64,000 nt of DNA, taken from positions 9,052,001-9,116,000 of the forward strand of contig CATNEN010000038.1 in NCBI GenBank assembly GCA_950097015.1, read 5' to 3'. The DNA is from Macrostomum hystrix (Eukaryota > Animalia > Platyhelminthes). The translations under genes and the position numbers were made by a program. The notes under the pieces were generated by a model, which was not told where the DNA came from, made no database searches, and saw only the letters and a list, made by a program, of their open reading frames with translations. Of the stretch, positions 24,016 through 38,669 are shown in pieces (within the stretch, counting starts at the first letter, position 1; the number at the start of each line of letters is the position of its first letter).

Positions 24016-25147
24016 TCAAAAGCTCTCGGTGTCTCCTTCGAAAGCAAAGCTGAAGCCGAAGCCATTGGAGCCTGGCGACCAGTCGGTGGTGTAGAATCTG
24101 TTGGCGATGGTCATGACTTGGCCCTGGTCGAGTCTGGACTCGATGACCGGACAGTCCTGCTGGCAGGGACTCTTTGGTGTCAGCCGAATCCTGGCTGTGC
24201 CGTTCACCTGAAGAGTTTGGTCACAATTTTCGATCCCATTTATTGTCGCATTGCCCAGCTCGTTAGTAAGCAACTTAGACATAGAAATGACACAGAAATG
24301 TGTCACCATGCCAGCTCACCTGCGCCAGGATTAGCAAGTTGGGTTCAGGTGGAGCGGCGACTCGGCGAGTCTTATTGCCGGCGTAGGAGTGCCAAAGCAT
24401 CACGTGGGAGGAGCCGATGGTGGAGACGGACAGCGGCAGAAACGCGGGCCTTGAGTAAAACTGGCGGAACGCTTTGATCTCGCGCAGGTCGCAGTGGCGC
24501 CAGCTAATCAGCCAGTTGGACCAGCCCCGCTGCAGCACAATGTCCAGCAGGTGCTCCTGAGTTCGCAGGCCGCCAGGCAGATTATGCCGCAGGTCGCAGG
24601 CCTCATCCGGCGAGCTGCTGTCCACCAAATTGGCGTAGAAATCCTGCAGCTGGTCCAGCTGCAGCTGCATCAGCGGCCAGTCGCTCACAGTCCGATCGTC
24701 GGTCACGACAACCGGCTGCGCCTTGTCAAGGAAGTCGGTGAGGAACTCCTCCAGCTGCAGCTGGTCGGCTGTCACTCGCGCCACGCTGACGGTGGCTTCG
24801 CACAGGTCGCAGTCGCGGGGCTGCAGCAGGTAGGGCGGCAGGTAGATGGGGTTGCGCAGCAGGCAGAAGTCGGTCATTAGCGATCGCCAGTCAAACCAGG
24901 GCAGAACAGCATGCACAAGCAGCAGTCGAGCGTGACTCAGCGCAAAGTATTTGACGCATTCGCACTGGAGCAGCCAGGCCAGCAGCAGGCAGATGGTGCT
25001 GGCCATCGTCACCTTGAAGGCGTACTTGCGCCACAGGCTGAGCAGGTAGCAACGAGTAAGCTGCCAAGAGAGGCTCCCAACAGCCTTCCTATCAGCAGCA
25101 ACTTGCCTTCCCAGTTTTTCAATCAACTCGTCCTTATTTTTCGACAT
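24016..25147 (-). CDS. Membrane-anchored protein resembling C6orf89/BRAP family (cupin/JmjC-like), 2 exons
   Basis: Exons 25147-24320 and 24207-24016 (phase 0, 112-nt intron). N-terminal hydrophobic segments; CLLRNP...DCDLCE...FLTDFLDKAQPVVVTD...W pattern. Family call from memory. Confidence 0.7.
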
Positions 25148-25689
25148 AGCTGGGTATTTTTCTGAGTTTGAATAGGGAAAATAGCCACTACGATTCTAGC
25201 TGGTGAGAGTTTTCAGGCAATAAAATATTTTCTCTTCGGCCTTTATACTTCAGTGTGCCCAGCTCAAAGTTGCGCAGGAAGGGAGGAAGACAGATGAGGA
25301 CTGGGTCCCTGGCTCCCAAGAGACACTCGTTTTTCACCAACGCGTTCTAGTTTTCATTATCGCATGCCTCCAGACTCCAAGCTCATTTCCGAGTGGCGTG
25401 ACTGACTCCGCTGAGCTGCCTGCTGCATTTGGATCATTTCAATTTGAGCCATTTCCCCAGGTCAATGTGCCCGCTGCCGGTATACTAGCCCTGATTGGCA
25501 TTTTCCGGTCCGAAACGTCACGCTTCTCGACTTGGATGGCTCGTCAAGACGTAGCTCGTACTGATTAACATTAACTGATCAACAGAAGGATTGTGGTTTC
25601 TCGGCAACCAAACCTCAAGGCTGTGCCAACTTGTTCAAGTTAATTTTTATCAATCAATATTATCGTCGACTGTACGAAGCATCGTTCGT

Positions 25690-25870
25690 TGTCTTGCTGC
25701 TTCGACTCGCTGCCAGAAGTTCACCTAAGTTTGGTGTCCAAGGCAGACCTCAGGCGGCGCAGAGGACTTCGCACCCCAGGCTGGCGTGCTGTACAACGCA
25801 GAGATGTGGACACTGAGAAGCAGCTACCTTATGCCCGGCCTTCCAAGATGACGAGAGCGTTGAGAACAAC
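25690..25870 (+). mobile_element. Degraded RTE-like LINE fragment
   Basis: Encodes VLYNAEMWTL, similar to the RT-downstream motif also seen near 31190. Confidence 0.4.
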
Positions 25871-26126
25871 CCGCCCCGTGCGAGAGGGCTCAGCTAGAAC
25901 GGCCGTCTATTAGCTTTCGCGACACTGGCATTAGCTTGCGGACATAGTTTTTTGTTTCTGTTTTTGTCGTACTAACATAGGTCGGGGTAATAAGGTAGCT
26001 TGAAGAAGGCCGAGGGTTTGCTTCCCGATCCCGGTGTCAGTCAGCAAGACACTTAACACTGCAGTCCTTCTGTTTGCCCAGCTGTTTAAAGCCTTCAGGC
26101 GCGCAGAACCATGGCTGCAGCTGCCC

Positions 26127-26758
26127 ACATGGCCCAAAAACAGCAGGTGCATTGGACATGGCCCAAAAACAGCAGGTGCATTAGACATGGCCCAAAAACA
26201 GCAGGTGCATTGGACATGGCCCAAAAACAGCAGGTGCATTGGACATGGCCCAAAAACATCAGGTGCTTTGGACATGGCCAAAAACAGCAGGTGCATTGGA
26301 CATGGCCAAAAACAGCAGGTGCATTGGACATGGCCCAAAAACAGCAGGTGCATTGGACATGGCCAAAAACAGCAGGTGCATTGGACATGGCCAAAAACAG
26401 CAGGTGCATTGGACATGGCCCAAAAACAGCAGGTGCAATGGACATGGCCAAAAACAGCAGGTGCAATGGACATGGCCCAAAAACAGCAGGTGCATTGGAC
26501 ATGGCCCAAAAACAGCAGGTGCATTGGACATGGCCCAAAAACAGCAGGTGCATTGGACATGGCCCAAAAACATCAGGTGCTTTGGACATGGCCAAAAACA
26601 GCAGGTGCATTGGACATGGCCCAAAAACAGCAGGTGCAATGGACATGGCCAAAAACAGCAGGTGCATTGGACATGGCCCAAAAACAGCAGGTGCATTGGA
26701 CATGGCCCAAAAACAGCAGGTGCATTGGACATGGCCCAAAAACATCAGGTGCATTGGC
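26127..26758. repeat. 28/29-bp minisatellite
   Basis: CATGGCCCAAAAACAGCAGGTGCATTGGA, ~22 copies. Confidence 0.96.
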
Positions 26759-26804
26759 ATTACTAAAATTAAAAAACTAATTTTGTTAATTTCATATTAA
26801 GCAA

Positions 26805-27128
26805 GTGAGTGGCAGAACGGTTAATGCGTTTGCCGCTCACACTAAGGTCCCTGAGCTCTATTAAGAGGCGAGGCCACATTAATTTGGGGCGCAGCCGCGG
26901 AGAGAAGGCTTGGGGGCTTGTCGTGCAATTAACGCTTTTGAGGGCCAAGGTATAGTGAAAGCACTGCCTGCCTGAATGAGAAAGTAAGAGCAGATATAAA
27001 CACCTGTGTGAGTGTATGCCTGCGTACGGTATCCGTGTGCGTGTGTGCTCAAGAGTAAGCGAAATAGGTAGATTTGTCTCCTCCCTGGCTGCGGGTCCAG
27101 TGCCAACAAATGATGTGCCACTCCAGCA
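26805..27128 (+). mobile_element. SINE family A
   Basis: Homologous to 16627-16992. Confidence 0.85.
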
Positions 27129-27481
27129 GCTCCGTGGTGCTAAAAATAGACCTTTACTAATCTTGCTGTGGCAGCTAATGCCATCTTGTAGCCAATAAGA
27201 TGCTCACGCGCAGAAGCTCAATTGTGAGACCTGTTTTCACATGTCTGTACACTGCTTGGCATTCAAATGTGCTAAAACACTTCGCTCATTCCTTTTAATT
27301 TCATGCTGAAATCTCTTGACCATTTAAAAGTATCAAGGATGTTGTCGTGGTTAGACACGAAAAATCTGGATTATGTCTAACAAAACTAGAATTAATATTA
27401 TCTAGTGGACTCGCAGAAGGTCTGGCTATTCACTAGTTTAGGAAAAAGAACGAGGAACGGAATCTGTCTTATGCTCACAGG

Positions 27482-29237
27482 ATGTCCACTTTCATAGGTA
27501 AGGTCGCGTTAGTACGAGCTAACTATTAGTTATAGCATTTATTATTACGCGAATGTGAAGCTGTCTTTATTCATTAATCTTAAAATACTGTAGCGGTCTC
27601 GACACTAATTGTGCTGCTCGGATGCCTGTTCATACATTGTGATGGCTTTACAACGACGCCGACAGCTTCGGAAAAGACAACTGCTGCTTCTGCATCTACG
27701 GCAACAGCTTCCACATCGATGCCTACAACTTCCACATCGATGCCTACAACTTCCACATCCATGCCTACAACTTCCACATCGATGCCTACAGCTTCCACAT
27801 CGATGCCTACAACTTCCACATCGATGCCTACAACTTCCACATCGATGCCTACAACTTCCACATCGATGCCTACAACTTTCACATCGATGCCTACAGCTTT
27901 CACATCGATGCCTACAACTTCCACATCGATGCCTACAACTTCCACATCTATGCCTACAGCTTCCACATCGATGCCTACAACTTCCACATCGATGCCTACA
28001 ACTTCCACATCGATGCCTACAACTTCCACATCGTTGCCTACAGCTTTCACATCGGTGTCTACAGCTTCCATATCGACGTCTACAGCTTCCACATCGACGT
28101 CTTCAGCTTCTACATCGACGTCTTCAGCTTCTACATCGACGTCTACAGCTTCCACATCGACGTCTTCAGCTTCTGCATCCACGTCTACAGCTTCCACGTC
28201 GATGCCTACAGCTTACACATCGAAGACTAATACAGTTTCTACACCAACATCTACAGCTTTCAAACTAACACCAACAGCTTCGACACCTACAACTGCAGTT
28301 TCAGTTTCAAAAGCAGCAATTTCCGAAGCCACCTCAATTCGAGTAGCTTCCACTTCGATCTCAGCAAATTCTCATGAGATCCAGAGGGAAATAATCTACG
28401 GTAAGATTTCGAGGTGCATGCTTGTTGATTTCGATGGTGCGTGCAAGTTCACGAGTAGCTGAACGCGCCAGTTTATTTTCAGAGACGTCATCAGCCACAC
28501 GGCTCACAATCGCTTTCGGTACTGTGGTCGCGATACTGTCTCTGGCTCTGGCAGCCGCTCTGGCCTTCATTATTGTGAATTGTATTCGTCAGAATGTACG
28601 CTGTGAAAAAACATTTTGATTTTATTAGTTTAATATCTGGGATGTGAGAAATACTTTTTCTTTATGTTTCAGAGAGCTTCACGTGGGAATCTGGCAGGCG
28701 GTCGTCCGCCAAATGCAAATTCAACAGAAGTTGACGATGACCCGGTAATGACGGCTCCCGGTACCCCCTTAGCTTCGCATTTTAAAGTAGTGAAACAGTA
28801 CGGGGAGAATAGTAGAATGAGAATAATAACAGTTGCAGGAGGACTGTAGGCAACGGAACATCATTTCGTGACACTAGACCCGCAGCCAGCGAGGAGGCAA
28901 TTCGGATGGTTCCAATGACTCCTGAGCACACACGCGCACAGATACTGTACGCAGGCACAAGCTCACACAGGTGTGTACAACTGCCCCGACTTCTCATTGT
29001 CAGGCAGTGTACACTCTCACTGCGCCTCGGAGGTGGGCCCTTAAGGGCGTAAATTGCACGTCAGGGCCCCAAACGAATGTAGCCTCGTTTCGGAATCGAG
29101 CCAGGGACCTTGGCGTGATAGGCAAATACGTTAAACGCTCGCCACCGACCCCAAACATTACGACCGCCAAATTACGAGCATTTAATTACTAATTGCAGAT
29201 CTACATCACAGCTGATCTAGCTTACACAAACGCTTAG
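27482..29237 (+). CDS. Mucin-like type I membrane protein
   Basis: Exons 27482-27497, 27594-28400, 28483-28595, 28673-28744 and probable last exon 29199-29237. Signal peptide [25 protein letters not shown]-rich (TTSTSMP)n ectodomain, TM helix, short tail with DDDPIY. Confidence 0.75.
28822..29152 (-). mobile_element. SINE family A (reverse)
   Basis: Reverse complement of the family A body. Confidence 0.83.
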
Positions 29238-30020
29238 TGATTCATTCGACACTTTTTTCAGCACGCAAGACAGTTGACTTGGCTACTTAACATAAACAAG
29301 AGCTTATTGCTAACCTCTTGTGCCATATGAATAATCTCCCATCTCCCATTGTTTCTGTTACAATGCAAAGTACACCATTTTTTAACTCGAACCCGAAATA
29401 CCTAACAACCTTCTGCCGTACCCCAAATTAAATCAAGGTAGAGAGAACATGCAGTATTTTTAGCCGAGTTGTTGTTGTTGACTGTTTATTGTTCCTGAAA
29501 TTTGCCGATGAAATTCGCAGAGAATTGCGCAAAACCAAAGGAAGTGACCGCTGAAAATAAAATATATAATTGTACAACGGCAGAGAATCCACGGATATTT
29601 CTACGCAGTTTATTTTCGTAAAATTTTCATTTGCATCAAATCAAATTATAGAATATAATCTACATTATAACATTTTTTCACTGCGGAAACGTTCTTAGCT
29701 CGTATAAACGATTTTACCGAGTCAGTTCCAGAATGGAGTTAGAATGTACAACTAATGTTTTTGTTCCCTTAAGCTATAGATATATGACGCCACGGAAGAG
29801 AAAGTGGATTCAATCAATAGCAATCGTCAGTCGCACAAATAGGTAAGTATTAATTTTTTACTCTCGCACGACTCTGTTGGGGCATCCCCAAAGATGTGGC
29901 GGAGCAAGAAGTCCCGCGGTAGCTGTTGCCATGCATTTTCAGGGATATGAGGTGCTGATTTCTTTAATATTTTGCGTTACTAATGGCAATGAATTACTAA
30001 TGTATTTTTATTTTTAATTA

Positions 30021-30696
30021 CTAATAGCTTGCAAAGGCTGGAGCAGCCAGCTCCCTGATGGGCCCGGGCCCGGAGGCCCCGATCCCTATTTCTGTGGTAA
30101 ACTCCAACATCAACCGCTGGATGGAGACCCAACACCGAAGGAGGTGGTCTTGCACCCTGAACTGTCGCCAGTCCAGGGCTGCGGTGCCAACCCCCTCTAG
30201 TAACCTGCGTAAAGCCTTGCTTAGGCTAAATCGCAGAGACCTGAGAGCAGTCACCATGGCCCTCTCGGGACATGGCTGCTTCACCAGACACCGCTACCTC
30301 CAAGGCCACGTGCCTGAGGAAACGTGTCCCTTCTGCTGCTCCGGACGTGAAAACGCCGAGCATTTCATCTGCCACTGCCCGGCCTTCACCTTCTAAAACA
30401 TCTCGGGCCGGTGCCGACCCTAGTCGAAGCCTGCTCGCCCGAGAGCATTCCACAGCTCGCCCACTTCCTCCGCGATACTGGCCGAGCTGATTTCTTCCCA
30501 GCCTATGGCGAGGGAGATCACGCGGCGGAACCGACCGACGGACCACCCTGAGCGGCACCGCCTCGCTGGAGGCCGTCCGGCTGCCAGGGGTTAGCGATAT
30601 GGGCGGCACCGGCCGCCTCCTCGCTGCGTCCGTCATGGAGGCTCCCTGCCGCTAAGTCAAAGTAAGTCATGGCAATGAATGAAATGAAATGAAATA
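30021..30696 (+). mobile_element. 5'-truncated non-LTR retrotransposon (I-group/LOA-like 3' end)
   Basis: RNase H tail-like LAKAGA, ALSGHG, zinc knuckle CPFC...[11 protein letters not shown], frameshift near 30395, (GAAAT)n tail at ~30677-30696. Confidence 0.75.
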
Positions 30697-31031
30697 TAAT
30701 ATGCCATAAAAGCAACAGAAGCATAAATGTAGAAAAAGTCCAGCCAAATATTTTTTACTAGCCGTAGCACAAAAACACGAAATATTTTCGCTTACAACTG
30801 AAACTCTAGCTGGGATCTAAAATACATGTTTTGCTAAAGAGAAATGATTATTTTCATAGGCCATTCTTGGTCTTGCAGTTCTCAATGCCTCGCAGGCCAG
30901 TTTGTGGCTTCCAAGACGAAATCAGGACATTGGGCGCCTTTGTTCTGGGTCGCTTGGAGGGTGAAACTTTTCACTGTTGCTGAGTGTAGTTCCGTTTTTG
31001 CTAACCTTGCCTCATTTCGTGATACCGTTAC

Positions 31032-31340
31032 TTGCTAGATGTAGACGCAATGCTGGTTACCCACAGCCAGCGCTTTGTTTACCTCGACAGCCTCGAGCCG
31101 GACTTCGCCGACGACAAGGTGAAACGACGAAGATTGGTCCCTGGACGCGCTTCGATCTGTGCGCTCCGTGCTCCGGCAGTCGTTGAGACTGTCTTGTTGT
31201 ACAACGCCGAGACCTGGACCCTTTCCGACGCCCATCGACTACGTCTACTATACGACATAACATTCGTCTATTAGCTAGTGAGACAATTTTTTGTTGCCAA
31301 AGCGGCAAGATCAAACAGGTGTTACACAACACAGCGCTGC
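31032..31340 (+). mobile_element. Degraded RTE-like LINE fragment
   Basis: VVETVLLYNAETWTL motif. Confidence 0.55.
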
Positions 31341-31499
31341 GCCGGAAGAATTCAAACGCAATTAGAAAATTGAGATAACAAGAATCTTGTTATCAAACCA
31401 CCGACTGTACGAGCGTATCACATTCTGGGAAGCTACAACAGCGTCGCACTGCTCACAAAACCTTCTTCTTCAAGACCTCGCCAAGGACCACTAGGACCA

Positions 31500-31995
31500 C
31501 TTCGGCAAACAGTCTTCGGCAAGCAATCCTCAGCAAGCAATCCTCGGCAAGCAATCCTCGGCAAGCAATCCTCGGCAAGCAGTCCTCAGCAAGCAATCCT
31601 CGACAAGCAACCTTCCGCAAGCAGTCTTCGACAAGCAACCTTCCGCAAGCAGTCTTCGACAAGCAACCTTCCGTAAGCAGTCTTCGACAAGCAACCTTCC
31701 GCAAGCAGTCTTCGACAAGCAACCTTCCGCAAGCAGTCTTCGACAAGCAACCTTCCGCAAGCAGTCTTCGACAAGTAACCTTCCGCAAGCAGTCTTCGAC
31801 AAGCAACCTTCCGCAAGCAGTCTTCGACAAGCAACCTTCCGCAAGCAGTCTTCGACAAGCAACCTTCCGCAAGCAGTCTTCGACAAGCAACCTTCCTCAA
31901 GCAGTCTTCGACAAGCAACCTTCCGCTAGCAGCCTTCGGCAAGCAACCTTCCGCAAGCAGTCTTCATGCAAGCAATTTTCCTACAAGCAATCTTT
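31500..31995. repeat. 14/28-bp minisatellite
   Basis: GCAAGCAGTCTTCGACAAGCAACCTTCC; a 14-mer on the left grades into a 28-mer dimer. Confidence 0.93.
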
Positions 31996-32710
31996 GAAGA
32001 CCCGCCCGCGGTGCAATTTCGTTGGCGTCGAGGCTCTGAAGCGCGTCTGTGATGCTGCGATTCATATCTTGAGACCTTACATTCTAATTCTTGTTATTGT
32101 GGTTGCATGGACACGAGCAATATCGCTTACAAACCTAGTGCCGTAATAGCTAGTAGATCTTAATCGTTTGGTAGCTATCTACTCGTACATTTTTGGCACG
32201 TCTACATTATTTATTTACTTCAAAATGCCTCACTAACAGTTCAAGACAATGTAGATCATAAGACCAAAGCTTGCTAGATGAGTCAGACCTTTATGTAAAT
32301 GAATTCACCTGCTTAGCTAGAATCTGAACTTCATCTTACCTAGTGGGTACGTGCTCGCATGCTTAGCTTTGTGCGTAAGCACATAATTTAGAGAAATTTC
32401 TTGGCTTCAGAATACAGATTTAGACAGATTTTTTAGCACAGATAAGCAAGCATTTAATTTAGATTGTTCATTAGAGGCGCGTTCTACTTAAGATCAACGC
32501 GGGTGTACAATCAGATGCCGATGACACCCAAATGACGCGTTTTAAACCCCACTGGCTATTAAACATTAAGAGCTCGTCCTTTATTTACAAAATATTTTCT
32601 CCCAGTCAAACCTTTTACCAAATAATAGCCAATTCAGTCGGATTTCTTAAATATAGTATAGTATTCTATTCATCGTGACGCATTTGACCCAAATACATGG
32701 ACTTTGAAAC

Positions 32711-32785
32711 TCACATGACCAGAAAGCATTCCATCTGTACCGAAATTCAGTTTGCATTGCAGGTGTGTGCATAGCTGGGTATAAA
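32711..32785 (+). promoter_or_regulatory. Candidate cathepsin L promoter (M-box-like site and TATA)
   Basis: TCACATGAC at 32711-32719 (reverse GTCATGTGA) and TATAAA at 32780-32785, ~90 nt before the ATG. Confidence 0.4.
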
Positions 32786-32870
32786 TGTTTATAAGAAACT
32801 GCAGCAGAATGTTTGCCATGCAGCCCCGCTCAACAGCTAGCTAGTCAAGATTTGCTGCTAAAGTTGATCG

Positions 32871-34751
<1,881 letters not shown>

Positions 34752-35530
34752 TCAGCCTATGCCTGTTGATATCCAGCATTGAATCAATTTAATTCTGAAT
34801 TCTTTAACTGAAGCACCCACTCTAGATGTAACGATGATTCCTCAATCCGAAATTTTACACACGATTTGGCTGTTTAAAGTCCTATAATCCTACCCTGAAT
34901 CAGGGGCGTAGCCATATGGGGGGGCAAGGGGGCCCCGCCCCTAATAGGCTGACGAAACCCCTAGTAGAGCCCCCTAGTAGTGACGCTGGCGCCTCATGGT
35001 AGTGGGGCGCTCTCGTAGTGGCGCCCCCATGTGGTGGTGGTGCACCCGTGTGGTGTTGCGCCCCCCAGTAGTGGGGCGCCCCGCTCTGATGAAGGATGAA
35101 AAAGCTTATTGTATTTGCCCAGCGGGCAGAAAGTCTTGCCCGTTAATTGCCATAGATAAATTAATGCTCGGTAATTTTCTTGCGGGCAGTTAATAGCCAT
35201 TAACCGCCCGCAAAAAGGCATCGACCAATGGGAATGGCTTACTGAGGCTAAAATGTCTATGGCACCCCGAAGTGGGGGCATTGCTCCACACCCCCGTCTC
35301 TGACTCTGAAAGTATAGCTTGGGCAAAAACGTCTATGGTACAATAAAATTGATACCAAAGCTTTGCGGGCGTCATTCAAAAATCCTCGGGCGCCTAACGG
35401 CGCCCTCTGATTTTCCATTAACGCCCTTAAGGCATGGGTATTAATAGTATATTGTTTACCTCTTGTACCCATTGTACCATGACCTTTTTGCCCGTCGGGC
35501 CAATATCTGTGCCCGTTAATGGCCATAGAT

Positions 35531-36481
35531 CAGGGGTCGGCAAACTCCGGCCCGCGGGCCAGATGCGGCCCTCGAAGCTCCCGAATCCGGCCCGTTGCCC
35601 CTTCTGACATCTACAGTGTCCTGTTTCATCTCTCTCGTGTCTAATCTCTCCCGTGTCTAATCTCTCCTGTGTCTCATCTCTCCCGTGTCTAATCTCTCCT
35701 GTGTCTCATCGCTCTCGTGTCTAATCTCTCCCGTGTCTAATCTCTCCCCTGTCTTATCTCTCCCGTGTCTCATCGTGTCTCATCGCTCTCGTGTCTAATC
35801 TCTCCCGTGTCTCATCGCTCTCGTGTCTTATCTCTCCCGTGTCTCATCGTGTCTCATCGCTCTCGTGTCTAATCTCTCCCGTGTCTAATCTCTCCTCTGT
35901 CTTATCTCTCCCGTGTCTCATCGTGTCTCATCGCTCTCGTGTCTAATCTCTCCCGTGTCTCATCGCTCTCGTGTCTTATCTCTCCCGTGTCTCATCGTGT
36001 CTCATCGCTCTCATGTCTAATCTCTCCCATGTCTCATCGTGTCTCATCGCTCTCGTGTCTAATCTCTCCCGTGTCTCATCGTGTCTCATCGCTCTCGTGT
36101 CTAATCTCTCCCGTGTCTCATCGTGTATCATCGCTCTCGTGTCTAATCTCTCCCGTGTCTCATCGTGTCTCATCGCTCTCGTGTCTAATCTCTCCCGTGT
36201 CTCATCGTGTCTCATCGCTCTCGTGTCTTATCTCTCCCGTGTCTCATCGTGTCTCATCGCTCTCGTGTCTAATCTCTCCCGTGTCTCATCGCTCTCGTGT
36301 CTTATCTCTCCCGTGTCTTATCTCTCCCGTGTCTAATCTCTCCCCTGTCTTATCTCTCCCGTGTCTAATCTCTCCCGTGTCTCATCTCTCCCCTATCTCA
36401 TATTTATACAGTCAATGCGGCCCGCTGTCGTCTTTTAGGTTCTCTCTTTGGCCCGCCAGCAAATAAGTTTGCCTACCCCTG
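35531..36481. mobile_element. hAT MITE with expanded internal satellite, copy 2
   Basis: Ends nearly identical to 19960-20490; 8-bp TSD CCATAGAT at 35523-35530 and 36482-36489. Confidence 0.93.
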
Positions 36482-38182
36482 CCATAGATCATTAACGCCC
36501 GCTAAATCAAGTAGTCGAGAAAGCACGAAAAGTAATTGAAACAGCCAACCGTCTATGGCCAAAATTCTATTAACCGGCCGCTAATTGCGGGCAGTTAATG
36601 GCATTAACAGTCCGGAAATTTTTTCTTTTATTTATAGAAAACAGAGAACATTGAACAGAGAAAATAGCGATCATACTATATTAGACATTTTTGTGATTAT
36701 ACAAATTTGAACATATTTATACACCAGACGAGGGTACTGCAGCTATAGGCAGAGCCGTCAGCCTTCTTCTTGACTTGACTCAGCTGCGGGGTGGTCCATG
36801 GACACAGCGGGGAGGCGAGGATCGCCCATACCGCTAACCCCTGTAGGCCCGCAGACAGGCGAGGGCGCGGGGCCGGTCCGGGTGGTCTGCTGGTCCGTCC
36901 AGAAGAAGCCATCGCAGAAAGCGGGAGGAGAGTGAGCGGTGACTCACAAGAAAAAGAGAAAAAATAATATAAAGAAACCGCTAACGACCGGACTACTCCC
37001 CGGCCAAGCGCCCCTCGGCACGGCGAGACCTTGGGCCTTAGAGAGCGACAGAAAGCAGCGCCAGACCCGCAGTTCAACTGTGTACCCTGTAAGGTCAAAG
37101 GGTGTCACCTTTCCCCCCAGCCGTAGCCAGAGGTACCTGATCACGCACAGGTGCACGACGCTGCGGACTGGCCGCATACCCTATTGAGGTCGAAGGGTGA
37201 CACCTTTCCCTCCAGCCAGGGCTAGAGGTACCCAGTTCGGCCACAATAACACAATAACACAATGGCACAATAACAGTAATACCCATGCTTTAAGGGTGAA
37301 TTAAAACAATACAATGAGTTAATGATATCGCTAAGGGACACAGTTTTTTTCAGTGGAGACAGGAATCGAACCCCCGAACTGCAAGTCCGACACGCAAACC
37401 GCTAGGCTACAACCGCATCAACCCTTGCCAATTCAAAATAACCCAATGGATTTTTTCTACTCCTTTAGAAGCCAAAATAATTTCTAGAACTCACGTCAAG
37501 CTTACCATTCTCTCTAATCAAGTTTCAGTAAAGACGACAAATTGAAAAATTCTGTCGAATAATTCCGACATTATTTATTCAAAGGCGCAATTGATTTTAG
37601 AAAGGTTTCTTAACTTTTCAAGCATTAATTTATTTTAAAAAATGTCATAATGTAAAGGACAGACGTAGAAAAATTACAAACACATTATTGTTGAAATGAA
37701 CTCACGATATAAAATATGACTATTGCGTGGAAAGTGCAGTACAAGCAGTTTGTTATTTAGTTTCCAGTGATTAACAAGTAGTTTTGTATCCTTCGCACAA
37801 AATTATAACGACAGCGTTTAACTATCAAGTGGTCCAGATTACTACTCGGACTTCGGTTGCAAGTAGTATATATTAATTTGCGTTTCCATTTCCATCTGTT
37901 CGTTTAAGAAAAATTGGGTCTGAATGAAGAAACAATGAAGCGAATGTCTAGTAAATTTAAGCATAAAGTGCTATAGATATCTATTGAAGCAGCGGCGAGT
38001 AATAGCTGACTTAAACGTACTTTTACCAATTTTTTATCTTGCCTTTTTGCTATGAAGCACAATTAAGGAATGATTAATGAATCACAAGAATAGAATAGAA
38101 AAGAATTTAGCATCGTAATCAAGCTGACAAGAGGAAATGTGTTTGACAGCGTTCATTCAATCCAAGCTAGGCTTGCTTCAAG

Positions 38183-38495
38183 AGGTTGTAGCCTAGTGGT
38201 TAGGGCGTCGGACTAACGACTTGAAGGTCGGGGGTTCAATTCCCGACTCCACTGAAACAATTTGTGTCCTTTAGCAAGACACTTAACTCTGCATTGCTTC
38301 AGTTCACCCAGCTGATAAATGGGTACCAGCATCAGCTGGGATAATTGAAGGTGGGTGTGGCGTCCCCCCAGTCCATGGACTGAACAGCTGTACGCAGCCT
38401 TCAGATGCGCCGCGCATTAGCTGCGGCTGTGCTGTCGGCTGCACATCTAGCCCGATTGGGGCAGGTGTAATCAATTATTAAATTATTATTATTTA
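38183..38495 (+). mobile_element. SINE family B, full length
   Basis: tRNA head GGTTGTAGCCTAGTGGTTAGGGCG...GGTTCAATTCCC, CORE-like domain, ATT-rich tail. Confidence 0.88.
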
Positions 38496-38669
38496 ATCCA
38501 AAAACAATTTCAAATATTTGCTAATTCTATTTTCAGCTAAATAATGTGCGCTGAAATGCGTTAATACATGTGTAACAGAGGATAAGAAAATGTTTAGTAT
38601 TTACGTAGCCTAGCGAAGCCGCAATTATGTTATCAAAGCTTTCTGGTCCATTTCATGCTACATGAAGCT

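Noticed and set aside
35080-35110. Hammerhead ribozyme core (CTGATGA...GAAA)
   Set aside because: No stem II between the motifs and no convincing stems I/III. The SINE A loop GATGAGAAA also fails the topology.
38183-38255. tRNA gene
   Set aside because: The tRNA-like head continues into a dispersed SINE body and lacks a proper acceptor stem; the same applies to the other heads.
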